Assembly: GCA_965218095.1 (NCBI GenBank)
Contig: OZ244587.1
Span: 3,808,001 to 3,872,000, forward strand
DNA: 64,000 nucleotides
Source: Candidatus Poribacteria bacterium
GTDB lineage: Bacteria; Poribacteria; WGA-4E; PCPOR2b
Reading direction: 5' to 3'
A program made the translations under genes and the position numbers. The first letter of the stretch is position 1, and each line of letters begins with the position of its first letter. The notes under the pieces were generated by a model that worked only from the letters and a program-made list of their open reading frames with translations, was not told where the DNA came from and did no database searches. Shown piece by piece: positions 19,320 through 31,389 of the stretch.

Positions 19320-22300
19320 CTAAACAAGACCGTGCTCTTCCATGATCTGCCGAATCTCTTCGATGGCTGAATCGTCGGCGTCAGTCCGCCCAAGCAGATC
19401 CATCGCCTCATAAAAATGGGTTCGAGCTAGGTAAGCCCCATCCGCATGGTAGCCAGGCTCGCTCTGTAGATAGATTTCTGCCAACCGTCGATGAATCTGT
19501 GCCATCATCCCCTCATCCTCCGCTTTGCCCGCAACGACCAATGCAATCTCCAGGTTTTCAATCGCCGCTTCCCAATCCTGCTTCGCACGGTAGATTTGCG
19601 CAAGGTTCATATAGTTTCGTGCCACCAGAGTGTCGAGCACTAGCATCTCCGCTGTTTTTAATGACGCCGTGCCCGCCTCCAGCGCAGCCTTGATGTCGCC
19701 TTTCGCCAAATAGGCTTGGCACAGGTACTCACCCCCGACTGCGCACCCAATCTCATCGTCCGCTTGCATGCGCACCTCGATATTCTTTTCGTAATGTTCG
19801 ATTGCCAAGTCGGTATGCCCCTGCTGTTGGTAGATCCTGGCGAGGTAAACGTGGACATCCCCGATGAGCTTGTCGCTGCTACCGTGTGCCGCATATTTCA
19901 ATGCGTTGTGTAAATGAAGTCGGGCATCCTCCAGCTCTTCGATTTCCTGGTAGACGAGTGCTAGGCTGAGGTAGGACCGCGATAAGGTGTTCAGGTATTT
20001 CAACTGTTTTTCGATCCGGATGCTTTTCTGGTAACATTCAATCGCTCGACCCGGATAATTGGACGCCCGAGCAATTACGCCTAAATCGTTGTAAAATATA
20101 GATAGCAGATCACGGGCGCCGACTCGTTCAGCATATTCAACACCCGCTTGCAAATGCCCCTCTGCGGATTTCAGATCGCCGGTTTTGGTGTAGTAAGATC
20201 CGAGCCGTCCATGCACGCGCGCCAGCAGGTTTGGCGTGGCCGATTCGGGGAGAACCGTCAGGGCACCTTGCCCCGCATGGATTGCTTGTGTGAGGTCACC
20301 TTGCTGAGAATACACATACCCGAGATGATTGCAAATTTCCCCAAGCAACTCTAAAGTTGAACCCTCGCCGGTAAGATCTTCAAGTTGTTCAAGGATTTCC
20401 TGTGCAGATTTTAGCGATTCCAACGCGTCATTCCACGCAGATTGATGAATGTAGACCTCAGCGATTCTGTGTTTAATATCTGCTTGTGCGAATTGGGCGG
20501 ACGGATCGTTTTCCTCGCTGAGGTCAAACAGTTTATTATAACTCGTCAGGGCGTCATTATAACGTCCGATTGCATGGAAAACATCTCCTAACCCATCGTG
20601 GATTTCCCACATCTCTTCGGGCGCCTCCTGACCTGTGTTGCGGAGGAGATCTAACGCCTGCTCATAGAAATCGATTGCATCCGTATTGTTGAAGCATCGC
20701 CGTGCCCGATGTCCCGCCTTTGTGAGATACTCAATCGCTTTAGAGACTTTGTAGCTCCGTGAATAGTGGAACGCGAGCAGTTCATAATGTTCTGCCATGC
20801 GTCCTGTTGTTTGTGCTTCGAGCGTCTGCGCAATCCAGTCGTGGTGCGCCATACGCTCCTGCTCGGGAATGCTAGCGTAAACGATATTGGCGATCAACGC
20901 CCGTTCTAAACGGTAAGATAATTCGTCATCCGTAGGCTGATACTGAATGAGCCCCAGATTTTGTAGGTTCTGAAGGTGATAATCCAGATGCGGAATGAAA
21001 TCTGCCATTTTCCGCAACAAGTCGAGGCTCAAAATCACGCTGAGTACGGACGCATACTGTATAATCTCCCGTGCATTGAAGTTAAGCCGATCTATTCGCG
21101 CGCGAAGCACACCTTCAAGGGTGTTTGGGATAGAGATCGAATCGACCTCCACCGTAACAAGCCATTTGTTGTCATGCCTGATGAGAATTCCATCCGCAAG
21201 CAGTAGCTTAACAATTTGGGATAGATGAAAAGGGTTCCGATTCGCTCTGTGTAAAATGAGCGTTTTGAGCGACTCTAGCATACCTTCCCCGGGGGTGAGA
21301 TGATCCAAGAGATCGGTACTCTCTTCAAGCGACATCCACTCAAGCATGATACTTTCATAACGGTCCGGCACAATTTTCATCGCGGAATCGCGCAGCCACC
21401 AATCCTGTGAGTAGGACAGGCATAAGAGGATAATCGGCGTGTCCGAGAAAGCATCAAGAAGGAAGATGATAAGGTTTTTAGAAACATCGTCGATCCAGAG
21501 CAAATCGTCCAGCGCAAGCACAATCGGCTTGCGCCGGGCAGCCGCCACAAGCACATCCCTGATTGCTACGAAGGTTTGCCGTTGAAGCTGTTCATAAGGG
21601 AGGAACGCGGTTTTGTTATTGAATTGCCCATCCACTAAAAGTAGAAACTCAAGATAAGCCTGCATCTCATCAACTGAAAAGACCCAATCGATTGCAGCAT
21701 TGTTATGTAGTGCTTCAAGTTCAGCGCGTAGACTCGCTTTGAGATCGCTCATCGAGAGAGAACTGTCGATATTGAGAATGTGTTCCAAGATGGGCACGAA
21801 CACAGCATAACTGCTTTGCCGCTTTTCCGGGGCGCAACGACTTGTGACCCACAATACGCGATCTTCAGGACGTTCTCGGAACTGAGCCATGAGGCGTTCT
21901 CGGAACTGAGCCATAAGCTGATTTTTCCCTATGCCAGCGCTGCCAACGAGTGAGACGATGCGCCCTGTTCCTTTTGCGATGAGTTCGCTCGCGTACACTT
22001 GCAACCGGCGGCGTTGAGATTCGTGTTGCAGGAAAGTATCGCCAGAACGCCGGATATGGCGGGGCGTTCGTCGGCCGCACAATCGATAGGGTTGAAGCGA
22101 ACTACCAGCCCTTTCCATTTCAATTGGTGGCAATAGGGAATAATCAAAGTTGGCATGGGTCAGCTTATAGGTATTCGTATCTACCCAAATTTCTCCCGGT
22201 TTAACGTTACTACCCAAAGCCTGCACTGTTTTGAAGCGGGGGTCAACCTGAGAATATTCAACAGTTTCGTCCGAAATATCGCTAACAACCACTGTCCCTG

Positions 22301-23564
22301 TGTGAAGTGCAGTTTTCACCTCGAAGGGGCTGCCCCATCCCTCGCTCATACTGAGAAGCGCATCACGAATTTCGATTGCCGCGTGGATTGCTTGTTCAGC
22401 GTCGTTAATGTGGGAAATCGGCGCGCCGAAGAAGCCCGAAATCTCGTTGCTCGAAGCACGATTAACGAGCCCTCCGTGTTTGAAAATAATTTGGGCAATT
22501 GCATCTGTTATTTGCTTGATTGTATCGACGCCTGGGACAGTATATTCTGGAAGCAAAGTGGGCTGCGACTTCCTTTCGACTGACCAGACGGGCGGTTCCT
22601 CACCCCTCTGTCCCTGAGGCACGGTATCAGCGTTATCAACCCCGAATGCCTGTGCAAAATCCACATTGAGCACAGTCACAACTTTACGCTCACCTTCAAT
22701 CTTACCCTGTTCCTTCCGCATTTGGGCTCTAAGGTTTTCTGGCGCCAGTTGATAGGCGCGGTTCTCCTTCTGATCTTCCGCTGCAACTGCTTCTTTTGCC
22801 TTGATGACCACGAGTGTCATGTCATCATAACGCGACTCTCCCGTATAATTGAGAACATCTTGCAGGATGAGATCCGCCAGATCTTTTGCATCCAAGTCAA
22901 TGTTATCCGAAACAATACCCGGCAAACGAGAAAAACCATACGTTTCGCCCATGTCGTTTCGGGCTTCATCAATCCCGTCGGAGTATAACACGATTGCGCT
23001 ATTGGAGGGAAGTTCGATAACCTTGTCAACATAGTCGAATCCGAGCTTTGTACTCCCTAGTGGGAAACCTCCAACCTCAATCTCCACACACTCGCCGCTG
23101 GAGGTCAACATCAATGGGTAGGGGATTCCGGCATTGGTAATCGTCAGCGTTCGCTGATAAGAATCAAGCACGGCATAGGTCAGTGCAACCGGCTTGCGCT
23201 GCGCCACATCACCCAGCAGTTGTTGGTTGAGAGCGCCCAAAACCGATGTGGGCGAGGATGAGGTTTTGACCGCCATTCGCAATGCACTCCGCGTGAGTGC
23301 CATGACCATCGCGGCGGACATGCCCTTTCCTGTGACATCCCCCAACACAATACCCCACCGATCTTGATCGATGGGCACAAAATCGTAGAAATCACCGCTC
23401 ATCTCGTTCGCAGGCAACCAGGTTGCGGCAATGCCAAATTGGTCCAATACCGGCGGCAGCTTGGGCATCATGCTCCGCTGCAATTCCTGGGCGAGTCTAA
23501 GCTCGTCGGCTAAACGCTCAACATCGTCGAACGCCAGTTTGATTGAATCGAGTTGGTCTTCCAT
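19320..23564 (-). CDS. SpoIIE/PP2C phosphatase - degenerate class III cyclase - STAND (AAA) ATPase - TPR multidomain protein
   Basis: PP2C motifs [30 protein letters not shown]. Cyclase-like GERKVVTVL...[22 protein letters not shown]. Walker A GSAGIGKN, Walker [12 protein letters not shown]-terminal TPRs. Confidence 0.85.
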   Translation of the reverse strand: MEDQLDSIKLAFDDVERLADELRLAQELQRSMMPKLPPVLDQFGIAATWLPANEMSGDFYDFVPIDQDRWGIVLGDVTGKGMSAAMVMALTRSALRMAVKTSSSPTSVLGALNQQLLGDVAQRKPVALTYAVLDSYQRTLTITNAGIPYPLMLTSSGECVEIEVGGFPLGSTKLGFDYVDKVIELPSNSAIVLYSDGIDEARNDMGETYGFSRLPGIVSDNIDLDAKDLADLILQDVLNYTGESRYDDMTLVVIKAKEAVAAEDQKENRAYQLAPENLRAQMRKEQGKIEGERKVVTVLNVDFAQAFGVDNADTVPQGQRGEEPPVWSVERKSQPTLLPEYTVPGVDTIKQITDAIAQIIFKHGGLVNRASSNEISGFFGAPISHINDAEQAIHAAIEIRDALLSMSEGWGSPFEVKTALHTGTVVVSDISDETVEYSQVDPRFKTVQALGSNVKPGEIWVDTNTYKLTHANFDYSLLPPIEMERAGSSLQPYRLCGRRTPRHIRRSGDTFLQHESQRRRLQVYASELIAKGTGRIVSLVGSAGIGKNQLMAQFRERLMAQFRERPEDRVLWVTSRCAPEKRQSSYAVFVPILEHILNIDSSLSMSDLKASLRAELEALHNNAAIDWVFSVDEMQAYLEFLLLVDGQFNNKTAFLPYEQLQRQTFVAIRDVLVAAARRKPIVLALDDLLWIDDVSKNLIIFLLDAFSDTPIILLCLSYSQDWWLRDSAMKIVPDRYESIMLEWMSLEESTDLLDHLTPGEGMLESLKTLILHRANRNPFHLSQIVKLLLADGILIRHDNKWLVTVEVDSISIPNTLEGVLRARIDRLNFNAREIIQYASVLSVILSLDLLRKMADFIPHLDYHLQNLQNLGLIQYQPTDDELSYRLERALIANIVYASIPEQERMAHHDWIAQTLEAQTTGRMAEHYELLAFHYSRSYKVSKAIEYLTKAGHRARRCFNNTDAIDFYEQALDLLRNTGQEAPEEMWEIHDGLGDVFHAIGRYNDALTSYNKLFDLSEENDPSAQFAQADIKHRIAEVYIHQSAWNDALESLKSAQEILEQLEDLTGEGSTLELLGEICNHLGYVYSQQGDLTQAIHAGQGALTVLPESATPNLLARVHGRLGSYYTKTGDLKSAEGHLQAGVEYAERVGARDLLSIFYNDLGVIARASNYPGRAIECYQKSIRIEKQLKYLNTLSRSYLSLALVYQEIEELEDARLHLHNALKYAAHGSSDKLIGDVHVYLARIYQQQGHTDLAIEHYEKNIEVRMQADDEIGCAVGGEYLCQAYLAKGDIKAALEAGTASLKTAEMLVLDTLVARNYMNLAQIYRAKQDWEAAIENLEIALVVAGKAEDEGMMAQIHRRLAEIYLQSEPGYHADGAYLARTHFYEAMDLLGRTDADDSAIEEIRQIMEEHGLV

Positions 23565-24280
23565 TGAATGCTCTCAGAATTTGAATCACTTCTCAAAAAT
23601 AACTGTATATACGTTTCAAGGGCATATACAATATCATCCAGTTGTTTCCGTGTCAGATTGGGCTGGTAGTCAAGCAACTCGCGATAACAGACCGCTTTGA
23701 GTTCTGACGGCTCAAAGCCAGCGGGATTCATGAAAACTACTAGAGCACATACCACTGAGTTATCTTTCTGTAAGTATTCCCGCGCCGATAACATGGGGAA
23801 ACTGATGCCCGTGAATTGGCAACTCAAGCGAGTTTGATGCAAGCTGATCTGGCATTCCTCTTGTGTGAGTCCATCTTTGAGTAGGTAGTTGCAGAAGGCG
23901 AAGGAAGGAGAAGATGCGTTTCCGATCCTGCCACGCAAGAAGCTCTGATAAGGAAAAGGAATCTTGACGCTCCCCTTACGATTTCGCGGGTATAGATCAG
24001 ACACTGATAACCGAGCATTCGCACCGGAAAGTCGAACTGTTTCTGCTGCTGCGATTCAAAGTGGATTAACACAACTTCAGACGGCTTTTCCTTCACCCGG
24101 ACTTCGATTAGGAGATCGACCGATCGTTTAGCGCCTTCGGGAGAGGCAGTGTAAAGCTCTTTGTTGAGATCTCTTTTCTGAGAGAAGTCTATCGCCGCGC
24201 GAGGTCTGGGAAGAAAAGTTCCACTATTTCTTCCAGAAAGTCAATGGCGAGTTCTTTCATGAACAGATCTAGTCCTATGA
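23560..24280 (-). pseudogene. Rpn/YhgA-like (PD-(D/E)XK, transposase_31-type) gene remnant
   Basis: Pieces in different frames: DLFMKELAIDFLEEIVELFFPDL; VDLLIEVRV...LIHFESQ...FPVRMLGYQCLIY; LDDIVYALETY. Confidence 0.6.
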
Positions 24281-24548
24281 TTTTCGTTTTGGCGTCCCCG
24301 TTTAACTAACTATAGATTTTAGCACAAGCATAAGCAGAATACAAGCGAAAGGGAGTGTACTATTACTAAACCTTTGAGAACCCGCATCGGAACTGAAAAA
24401 TTAACGTTGCAAACCCCTGGTCGCTGGATCGATGCGCCAGATGGAACAGATCTTCTTTGGGAGTCGGAAAATAATGAACCATGCCTGTCTCGTTTTCGCT
24501 TTCTGGCACATTTTGATTTTACTTCGTTGCGTCAGGATGATACCCTTA

Positions 24549-25479
24549 ACCCAAGTTGCTAGTAATTGAAAATCCATGGGTTTTCCGTTAAAGTAGAGGT
24601 AATCCAAACCATAATACCTCAAAGGAGAAACCAAAGGAGAAACCCATGGACATACAAATTGCAACCATTTTCTATCTCTGTGACAAGCTCTTAGAAGCAC
24701 TCAACTCAAAACCACACCCACAAACGCAGATGTCTGATGCCGAAGTCATGACCACCGGCATCGTCGCTGCGTTGTTCTTCGGGGCAAACTTGCAAACCAC
24801 TTGTGACTTTCTAAAGACTCATGGCTATATACCCAAGATGCTTTCAAAAAGTCGATTAAACCGATGTTCACCACATTGTTCAAAATCTTGGGACGAAGCT
24901 ATGTGCAACTTAATCAACAGAAAATCTATGCACTGGATACCATACCAATTGCTGTTTGTTCCGCATTCGTCGGTCAAAAATCTACACCGATAAGGCATAT
25001 CGAGGCTATCAAGCGTCCAAACGTCGGTATTTCTATGGCTTGAAAGTTCATCTGCTAGTGACTGCGAGTCGACACCCTGTTGAATTTTTTGTGACCCCAG
25101 CCAGTACAGGGGACGTTGAAGGGTTACAGTGGTTTGACTTCGACTTGCCACCGGGCTATGGTGACAAAGCATACAATAATTATGAGATAGAAGATATTGT
25201 TACATCAGTCGGAGTCGAATTAAAGCCAGTACGCAAGAAGAATTCCAAGCGGCTGTATCCACCATGGGAGACCTACTTGGCTAATTACCATCGTAAGTCT
25301 GTTGAGACGGCTGGCAGTTTGATTAACAAACTGCTTCCACGTTCAATCCATGCAGTAACGCGACACGGATTTGAATTGAAAGTGGTCTTGTTTGTATTGG
25401 CTAGCAGTATCAATCAGCTCTGAGTTCACTCACATATTCAGTTCACTCACATATTCGATGAATAGGTCGCAACTTGGGT
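24549..25479 (+). mobile_element. IS982-family element, frameshifted transposase (24646..25423)
   Basis: IRs ACCCAAGTTGC / GCAACTTGGGT with an 8-bp target duplication TACCCTTA (24541-24548, 25480-25487). Motifs MSDAEVMT, GYQASKRRYFYGLKVH, GDKAY. Confidence 0.9.
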
Positions 25480-25538
25480 TACCCTTATATTGTCATTCGT
25501 GTCAATACCTTAGCTTATGGAACAATATCAGGAGGCAA

Positions 25539-26195
25539 ATGATGGCTACAAATGGAAAAATCCACGCTTTAGTGATTACCGGCGGACACGGTTTCCAAGA
25601 AGAACCGTTTTGGGACATATTCAATAGTTTTGAGAACTTCAGTTATGATGCTGTTACCTTCCCCGATGCGTTTAAGTACCTGAGCATCGAAGGCACAGAG
25701 GATTATGATGCGCTCGTATTCTACGATATGTGGCGGGAGATCACCCCTGCGCAGCAGGCAGCATACCTTGATTTGCTGAATCACGGCAAAGCGATTGTGT
25801 CACTGCATCACGCATTGATTTCGTTCCCGGATTGGGATGAGTACAAACGAATCGTGGGCGGGGTTTGGAAGAGAGGAGAAGGCACGGTGAAACACGACGT
25901 TCAGTACACCGTGCAAATCGCCGCCCCCGATCACCCGGTGACAAAAGGGCTTCAGGATTTCGAGATCGAAGATGAAACCTATGGCAATTATCACGTCAAT
26001 CCCGATGTACATGTCCTCCTCAAGGCGAACCACCCAGAGAGCGCCCCGGTGATTGGTTGGACGCACCGATATGGCAACTCCCAAATCGTCTACATCCAAC
26101 TCGGACACGATAGGCTCGCCTATGGAAATCCGGGTTATCGCAAGTTGATTAATCAGGGGATTCGTTGGCTGGCGGATTGTGTGAAAGGGGGGTAG
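25539..26195 (+). CDS. ThuA-like (trehalose utilisation, class I GATase-like) protein
   Basis: RBS GGAGG then ATG. Motifs LVITGGHGF, LVFYDM, HPVTKGL.DFEIEDETY, YIQLGHD. Confidence 0.85.
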   Translation: MMATNGKIHALVITGGHGFQEEPFWDIFNSFENFSYDAVTFPDAFKYLSIEGTEDYDALVFYDMWREITPAQQAAYLDLLNHGKAIVSLHHALISFPDWDEYKRIVGGVWKRGEGTVKHDVQYTVQIAAPDHPVTKGLQDFEIEDETYGNYHVNPDVHVLLKANHPESAPVIGWTHRYGNSQIVYIQLGHDRLAYGNPGYRKLINQGIRWLADCVKGG

Positions 26196-26535
26196 GTATT
26201 GGGGAGTTCAGGGATACAACGATTGGAATTTCTGTATCCCTGAACCCTTGAAACGCATCAAGCGTGAATTTCGAGATTGATACTTTATGTGGAGAAATCA
26301 TATAATAATCAATAGCGTAGATTGGGTAGTCTCCCCTCTTGCGTGTTGCTGATTGATATTTAACCACCAATACACCAAGGCGCGAAGGTTTCAATAAAGA
26401 CCGGTTTGAAAATCTTGGTGACTTAGTGTCTTCGTGGTTTTCCGGGGTTAGCAACACTTAACAAGGGCACCACCGTAGATTGCCATTTGACACTAAAGAG
26501 GATTGTCATTTCAAACCAATCGCGGTGGGGAAACG

Positions 26536-26670
26536 ATGAAACAGTATCAAATTGTTGTGGATACCAACGTGCTAATTGCGGGGCTGCGTTCCCGCCGCTG
26601 TCTCCCGATTGACCGGTGCGAAATCGCCCTGCCAGCAATCACTTGCACCTTGCCACAAGAGGTATCTTAG
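26536..26670 (+). pseudogene. PIN-family toxin N-terminal fragment
   Basis: MKQYQIVVDTNVLIAGLRSRR, then unrelated sequence. Confidence 0.55.
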
Positions 26671-26805
26671 TTTGGCAAATGTCATCACGGTGAAACAGGT
26701 AGCTGATGCTTTGAAGATTGCGATGGAATCGGATTGATGAGTCTGATTCCATAAACGGAATACATGAAAGCTGGCCTTCGGGCTGTCCGTCTTTTCTATC
26801 ACGCT

Positions 26806-27795
26806 TCACGTTTCACGTTTCACGTTCTTCAGTTTTTCGACAGCGTGAAACACCTGCGCAACAGTTATCGCTTCAATGACCGCGCAACTGTCCGCCCCAC
26901 AGCCACCGGGATTCCTACCGGGGTGACACGGATTACAACCGAGCTCGACGCCACTTTCAACGACGATGTGCTCCTCTCCATAGGGTCCACTGCGGTGATG
27001 GTTCGTCGATCCGAAAACGGCGACGACAGGCGTTCCGACCGCCGCCGCGATGTGCATGGGACCTGTATCGTTGCTGATATAGAAATCACATGCTTCAATG
27101 AGCGCAGCAACCTGACGCAAATCACGTTCTTTAATGCTGATTGGCTGCCAGCGCGTCAGATTGGCGACTTGTGCTTGCAATAGATCTTCGTCGGGACCGG
27201 CAAACAGCAAAATCTGGGCGTTCCATTTTTCGTGCAACACGTCCGCAATTCCCGCAAAATTCTCCGCCCCCCACAGCTTGTAAACCCAATTCCCACCGGG
27301 GTGAATCCCAACCAAAGGGCGATCCCAATCAATTCTGTTTTCCATCAGAAATCGATCGCGGCCTGCGATTTCCTGCTCGGTGAGTTGAAGCTGTGGTCGC
27401 GCACCTTCCGTGTCAAGCCCATGCCGTTGAAGCACATCAAGGTAACGGGTGACGGCATGAATCTCCTTCCCCCTTAATCGCATGCTCCAACGCTTCCCCT
27501 CAACGAGCCGCGACCAGATACTATCCCGGAGGTCAATGACCAGATCGAACCGCTCACGACGCAGGGCTTTGATTAGGTGGACTTTCCCTCGCCAACCGGC
27601 GTGTTCACCGCGATTGTCATAAGCGAGAACCTGATCAATCTGTGGGTCGCCGGACAAAAGATTGAACGCCTGGACACCAACGAGGAAAGCAATCTTCGTA
27701 TCGGGGAAATAATGGCGCAATGGGTGAATCACTGCTGTCGAGAGGACAGCGTCGCCGATGAAACTAAAACTGAAGACCAGAATTTTTTCGATCAC
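26806..27795 (-). CDS. Glycosyltransferase family 9 (LPS heptosyltransferase-like)
   Basis: Motifs FIGDAVLST, GIHPG...KLW, ISNDTGPMHIAAAVGTP, CNPC. Confidence 0.9.
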   Translation of the reverse strand: MIEKILVFSFSFIGDAVLSTAVIHPLRHYFPDTKIAFLVGVQAFNLLSGDPQIDQVLAYDNRGEHAGWRGKVHLIKALRRERFDLVIDLRDSIWSRLVEGKRWSMRLRGKEIHAVTRYLDVLQRHGLDTEGARPQLQLTEQEIAGRDRFLMENRIDWDRPLVGIHPGGNWVYKLWGAENFAGIADVLHEKWNAQILLFAGPDEDLLQAQVANLTRWQPISIKERDLRQVAALIEACDFYISNDTGPMHIAAAVGTPVVAVFGSTNHHRSGPYGEEHIVVESGVELGCNPCHPGRNPGGCGADSCAVIEAITVAQVFHAVEKLKNVKRET

Positions 27796-29050
27796 CGCAT
27801 CAATATCCCTTTGTCGCTGGCAAACGCTTCAATCATCTTGACCGCAGCGGTTAAACTATCTTCCATGTTGATTTTCTGCCCCAATGCCCTCGCCTTCTCC
27901 GGCATCGACTTTGAAGAGATAACTTTGCTAATGCGCTTCGCTATTCGTTTGGGGGTCATGTCTTGACGATGGAGGGGGTTGGGGGCAATGCCAAGTTTGT
28001 GTAAGGTATGCCCCACAGTTGATCTCCCAGATGCGGGATGATGATGGAGGGCACGCCAGCCCGGCAAGCAGCGGCGGTCGTGCCTGCGCCGCCGTGATGA
28101 ACCACGCAACATCCTCGGCGAAAAAGAAAATTGTGAGGGACATATTCAGCAAAACAGATTGATTCAGACGGCTCATCCAGTCCCAAATTTCCCCAACTTG
28201 CTTGAATGATAGCGTGTTGACCTGTGCGTTGAACAGCTTCGATGAGAATTCTCGTGGTTTCGATGCTTTTACTTCCGCCCATTGAACCGAAGGAGATGAT
28301 CATTGGAAGTGAGCCTTGACCTAAAAACCCCTGAAGTGCAGGTGGAACTTCATAATCCGGTTCTTCAAGAAACCACGCTCCCGTGAATTTATGTTTGGCG
28401 GGCAAGTCGGGACGCGGTTTGCTGATACTTGGCGAAGCGGCGATGAAATTTAATTCAGGAGAATACATGCTGTCTAAACCGATGAGCTCCCGCTTCTCCC
28501 CGCCAATGGAGGTAATAAAGTCATTGAACAGTGGATCGACCTGCTTCCGTATGAGCCATTCCACCAGTTTCCAAACCAACGCATTTAACGGCACACCGAG
28601 ATTCGGTATCGGCGTGGGCGCGTCATACAAAGTTTTGATAAAGCCGGGACAGTAACTCACCGTGATCCAAGGCAATTTATTCCGGATTGCTGCTTCCTGG
28701 CCCGGTACATCAGCAGAATAGCAGATCGCGAGGTCATACCCCTCCATCCCCTTGAGGTGGTCCTGGCACCATTTTTCCGCTTTGTACAGGATGCCTTCTT
28801 TTGCAATGAAGACCGCTGATTTCAGGGGATTTTTTATTTTGACGATAGCGTCCATTGCTCGATGCAGCCGCTCCGGATCAAAAGGAACACCGACTGCGTA
28901 GAAGTCAACCCCGTGTTTAGTAAATCGATCGCGATAAATTTCTGATGTACAAACACGAACTTCATGGTCGGCTTTTAATAATCGCTCGGAGAGCGCGAGG
29001 AAGGGTTGGACGTTGCCGGTTGACCCCCATGTGCTGAGTACAATTCTCAA
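27792..29050 (-). pseudogene. GT1/GT28 sterol-glucosyltransferase-like gene with a C-terminal frameshift
   Basis: STWGSTGNVQPF and VVHHGGAGTT..AGVPSIIIPHLGDQ. The C-terminus continues in another frame (GHTLHKLGIAP...AVKMIE). Confidence 0.75.
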
Positions 29051-29101
29051 TTCAAGACGCCTCCTTTCCTCTCATCTCTTGACCTCCCAATTTCCCAACT
29101 T

Positions 29102-30364
29102 TCATTTGGTTGCCCCGTACAATTGAATTTGACTGCCTTTGCGTTCAAGGATGATAAACTGATCAGAAAACTCGATTGTCTCAGGGAGATCTTTTACCGC
29201 CCCGACAATTTCCGGCACGCCATCCCCGTTCAGATCGCCCACCGCAAGTCCTTCACCGAAGATTGGCGGCGTTTGCCAAACAAGCCGGGGCGTGCTTTTG
29301 TCAATATGGTACACTTGCAGATGCCCCTCCAGATCAACGATAGCAATTTCGCTTGTGGATTGATGGATCTCTGCCATGCGTGTGGCGATCGAATGGTAAT
29401 CGACAGGCAAACGGCAGGGGTGTTTCAGGTGAATCTTTCCCGCTCGCCATACCCAACAGTTCGTCGATCGCCCCCGATATGTCAGTTGATCGGCGGTAGT
29501 CTCCCCAACGATTAGCCACTCTCTGCCTTGAACCAGAAACATGGGCTGCTGTTCGACGATTGTCGTCTGCTTATCACTACCCCATTCCACCTGCCAGGTC
29601 TGATCCGGTGGGACGCTGATATAGATCTCATCCAGGTCATCTCCATCACGGTCTGCGGGAAGTATTCTCCGTCGCGTCCGCTCCAAAATCGGCGTCTCAG
29701 CGTCACCATATTGGATCTCCGGCAGGTCGAAGTGTTTCCAAAAATTGAATCCGCTCCATTTCAAGACTTTCACGCGCTTCTCGTCTGCAACCACCAGTTC
29801 ATTGAACCCGTCTCCGTCGGCATCTGCAACTTCAATTGCCAGGGCAAAATAGTCCATATCCGGTAAGCTCCGCCACTTGAGGTAGTAGGGTTGAAGTTTC
29901 GCAGCAGGAGTTGTTGTATAGACCGCAGCCAACACAGCCGAGGGTGACAACTGATAATCGGCGACATATCGAGGATTGCCTGTCTCTGCATCCCACAAAA
30001 ACAGATTGACATTCATAAACGGTGCGAGATCGGCGACATGCCCCGTTATCAGCCACCGACACGCCAGAGATTCACCGTACCGTTTCGCTTGTTTGGGTGT
30101 TAACAAACCACCATACGTGGAAAACCGATGCCAATCCGAACGATCCATTCCGATGAAGTGATTTCCGGTGTTGCTTCCCAACCGAGAGGCAAGCAGACTT
30201 GTCAAAACATGGCAAATCGCTTTGAGCCTAGTTTCCACCGCATTTAAGGGAATCAATGTGACTCGGTCCTCGCCGAAATCCTCTGGTAGTTGCGCAAAGA
30301 GCTCACCGGCAATGCCATCTACCGCACGGTTCAGATCGCTATCGGGGACAGCAAAAGCTATCAC
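29102..30364 (-). CDS. FG-GAP/VCBS repeat protein, probably degraded at the 5' end
   Basis: Repeats ADADGDGFNELVV, ADRDGDDLDEI, GDLNGDGVPEIV. The signal-like segment upstream is out of frame. Confidence 0.6.
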   Translation of the reverse strand: MIAFAVPDSDLNRAVDGIAGELFAQLPEDFGEDRVTLIPLNAVETRLKAICHVLTSLLASRLGSNTGNHFIGMDRSDWHRFSTYGGLLTPKQAKRYGESLACRWLITGHVADLAPFMNVNLFLWDAETGNPRYVADYQLSPSAVLAAVYTTTPAAKLQPYYLKWRSLPDMDYFALAIEVADADGDGFNELVVADEKRVKVLKWSGFNFWKHFDLPEIQYGDAETPILERTRRRILPADRDGDDLDEIYISVPPDQTWQVEWGSDKQTTIVEQQPMFLVQGREWLIVGETTADQLTYRGRSTNCWVWRAGKIHLKHPCRLPVDYHSIATRMAEIHQSTSEIAIVDLEGHLQVYHIDKSTPRLVWQTPPIFGEGLAVGDLNGDGVPEIVGAVKDLPETIEFSDQFIILERKGSQIQLYGATK

Positions 30365-30530
30365 TATAAGATGGCAAAAGAGGATAAAAACAGCGATAGG
30401 AAAGCGAACTTCAGTTTTAAGGAAATCCCAAATCTTCAGGAGGTATTGCGTACTGCGTATTTTTTACGCAATACGCAATAAGCAATACGACAGATGATAT
30501 ATTGCGCATCACTTATTCAATCACTCATTA

Positions 30531-31314
30531 GGACGTGTTGACATTTATGGCATAATAACGATATGTCAACACTTACCTTATCCGATAATCAATGGTCAAA
30601 AATAGCAGCATTCCTGCAAACCTGTTCCGATGTCTACACCGGACAGCAAGCGAACTTAAAACGTTTTGTCCAAGCAGTGCTTTGGATAACTCGTAGTGGT
30701 AGTCAATGGCGACTCCTACCAAAAGAGTACGGCAGTTGGAACAGCGTCTATAAACGATTCGCTTGCTGGTGCGATAAAGGCATCTTCCAATGGCTGCATC
30801 AACACTTTGTCAACGACCTAGATATGGTGACAGTACCATCTGCCGCGCTCACCCCTGTGCTGCAGGGGGTTTGAAAACAAGTGGCGGTCAAGCCTCACAG
30901 GTACTCGGACGTAGTGCGGGTGGATTTTCAACCAAAATTCACATCACGGTTGATGGCTTAGGCAATCCATTACGTTTTGCGCTGACGGCTAGACAACGCC
31001 ACGCCATGACTTGTGCAGAAGGGTATAGCAGTGAGTATGTGATAGCCGACTCAGCGTATGACGCGGATTCATTGGTGCAGTTGATAACCCGTATGGGTGC
31101 AGAGCCAGTGATTCGTCCCCGTATCAACCGCCGTGAGTCACGAGACTATGATACGCATCTGTACCGAGAGAGACATCGGGTGGAATGCTTCATCAACAAA
31201 ATCAAGCACTATAGGCGTATCTTCAGTTGTTTTGATAAGTTGGCGGGTCGCTATTTGGGGTTTCTGAGTTTCGTTGCTGCGATTATCTGGTTACGATGAA
31301 ATGTCAACAGAACC
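30531..31314 (+). mobile_element. IS5-family (IS427-like) element, divergent degraded copy
   Basis: IRs GGACGTGTTGACATTT / AAATGTCAACAGAACC flanked by TA. ORFs 30563..30874 and 30790..31299 carry QWRLLP..YG.WNSVY.RF and GRS.GGFSTKIH. Confidence 0.9.
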
Positions 31315-31389
31315 TAGTCGTTACTCTTCACACATCACGCTTCACGTTAAAGTTTATCTTGACAAAAAAAGCCGGGTGTGAGATTATAA

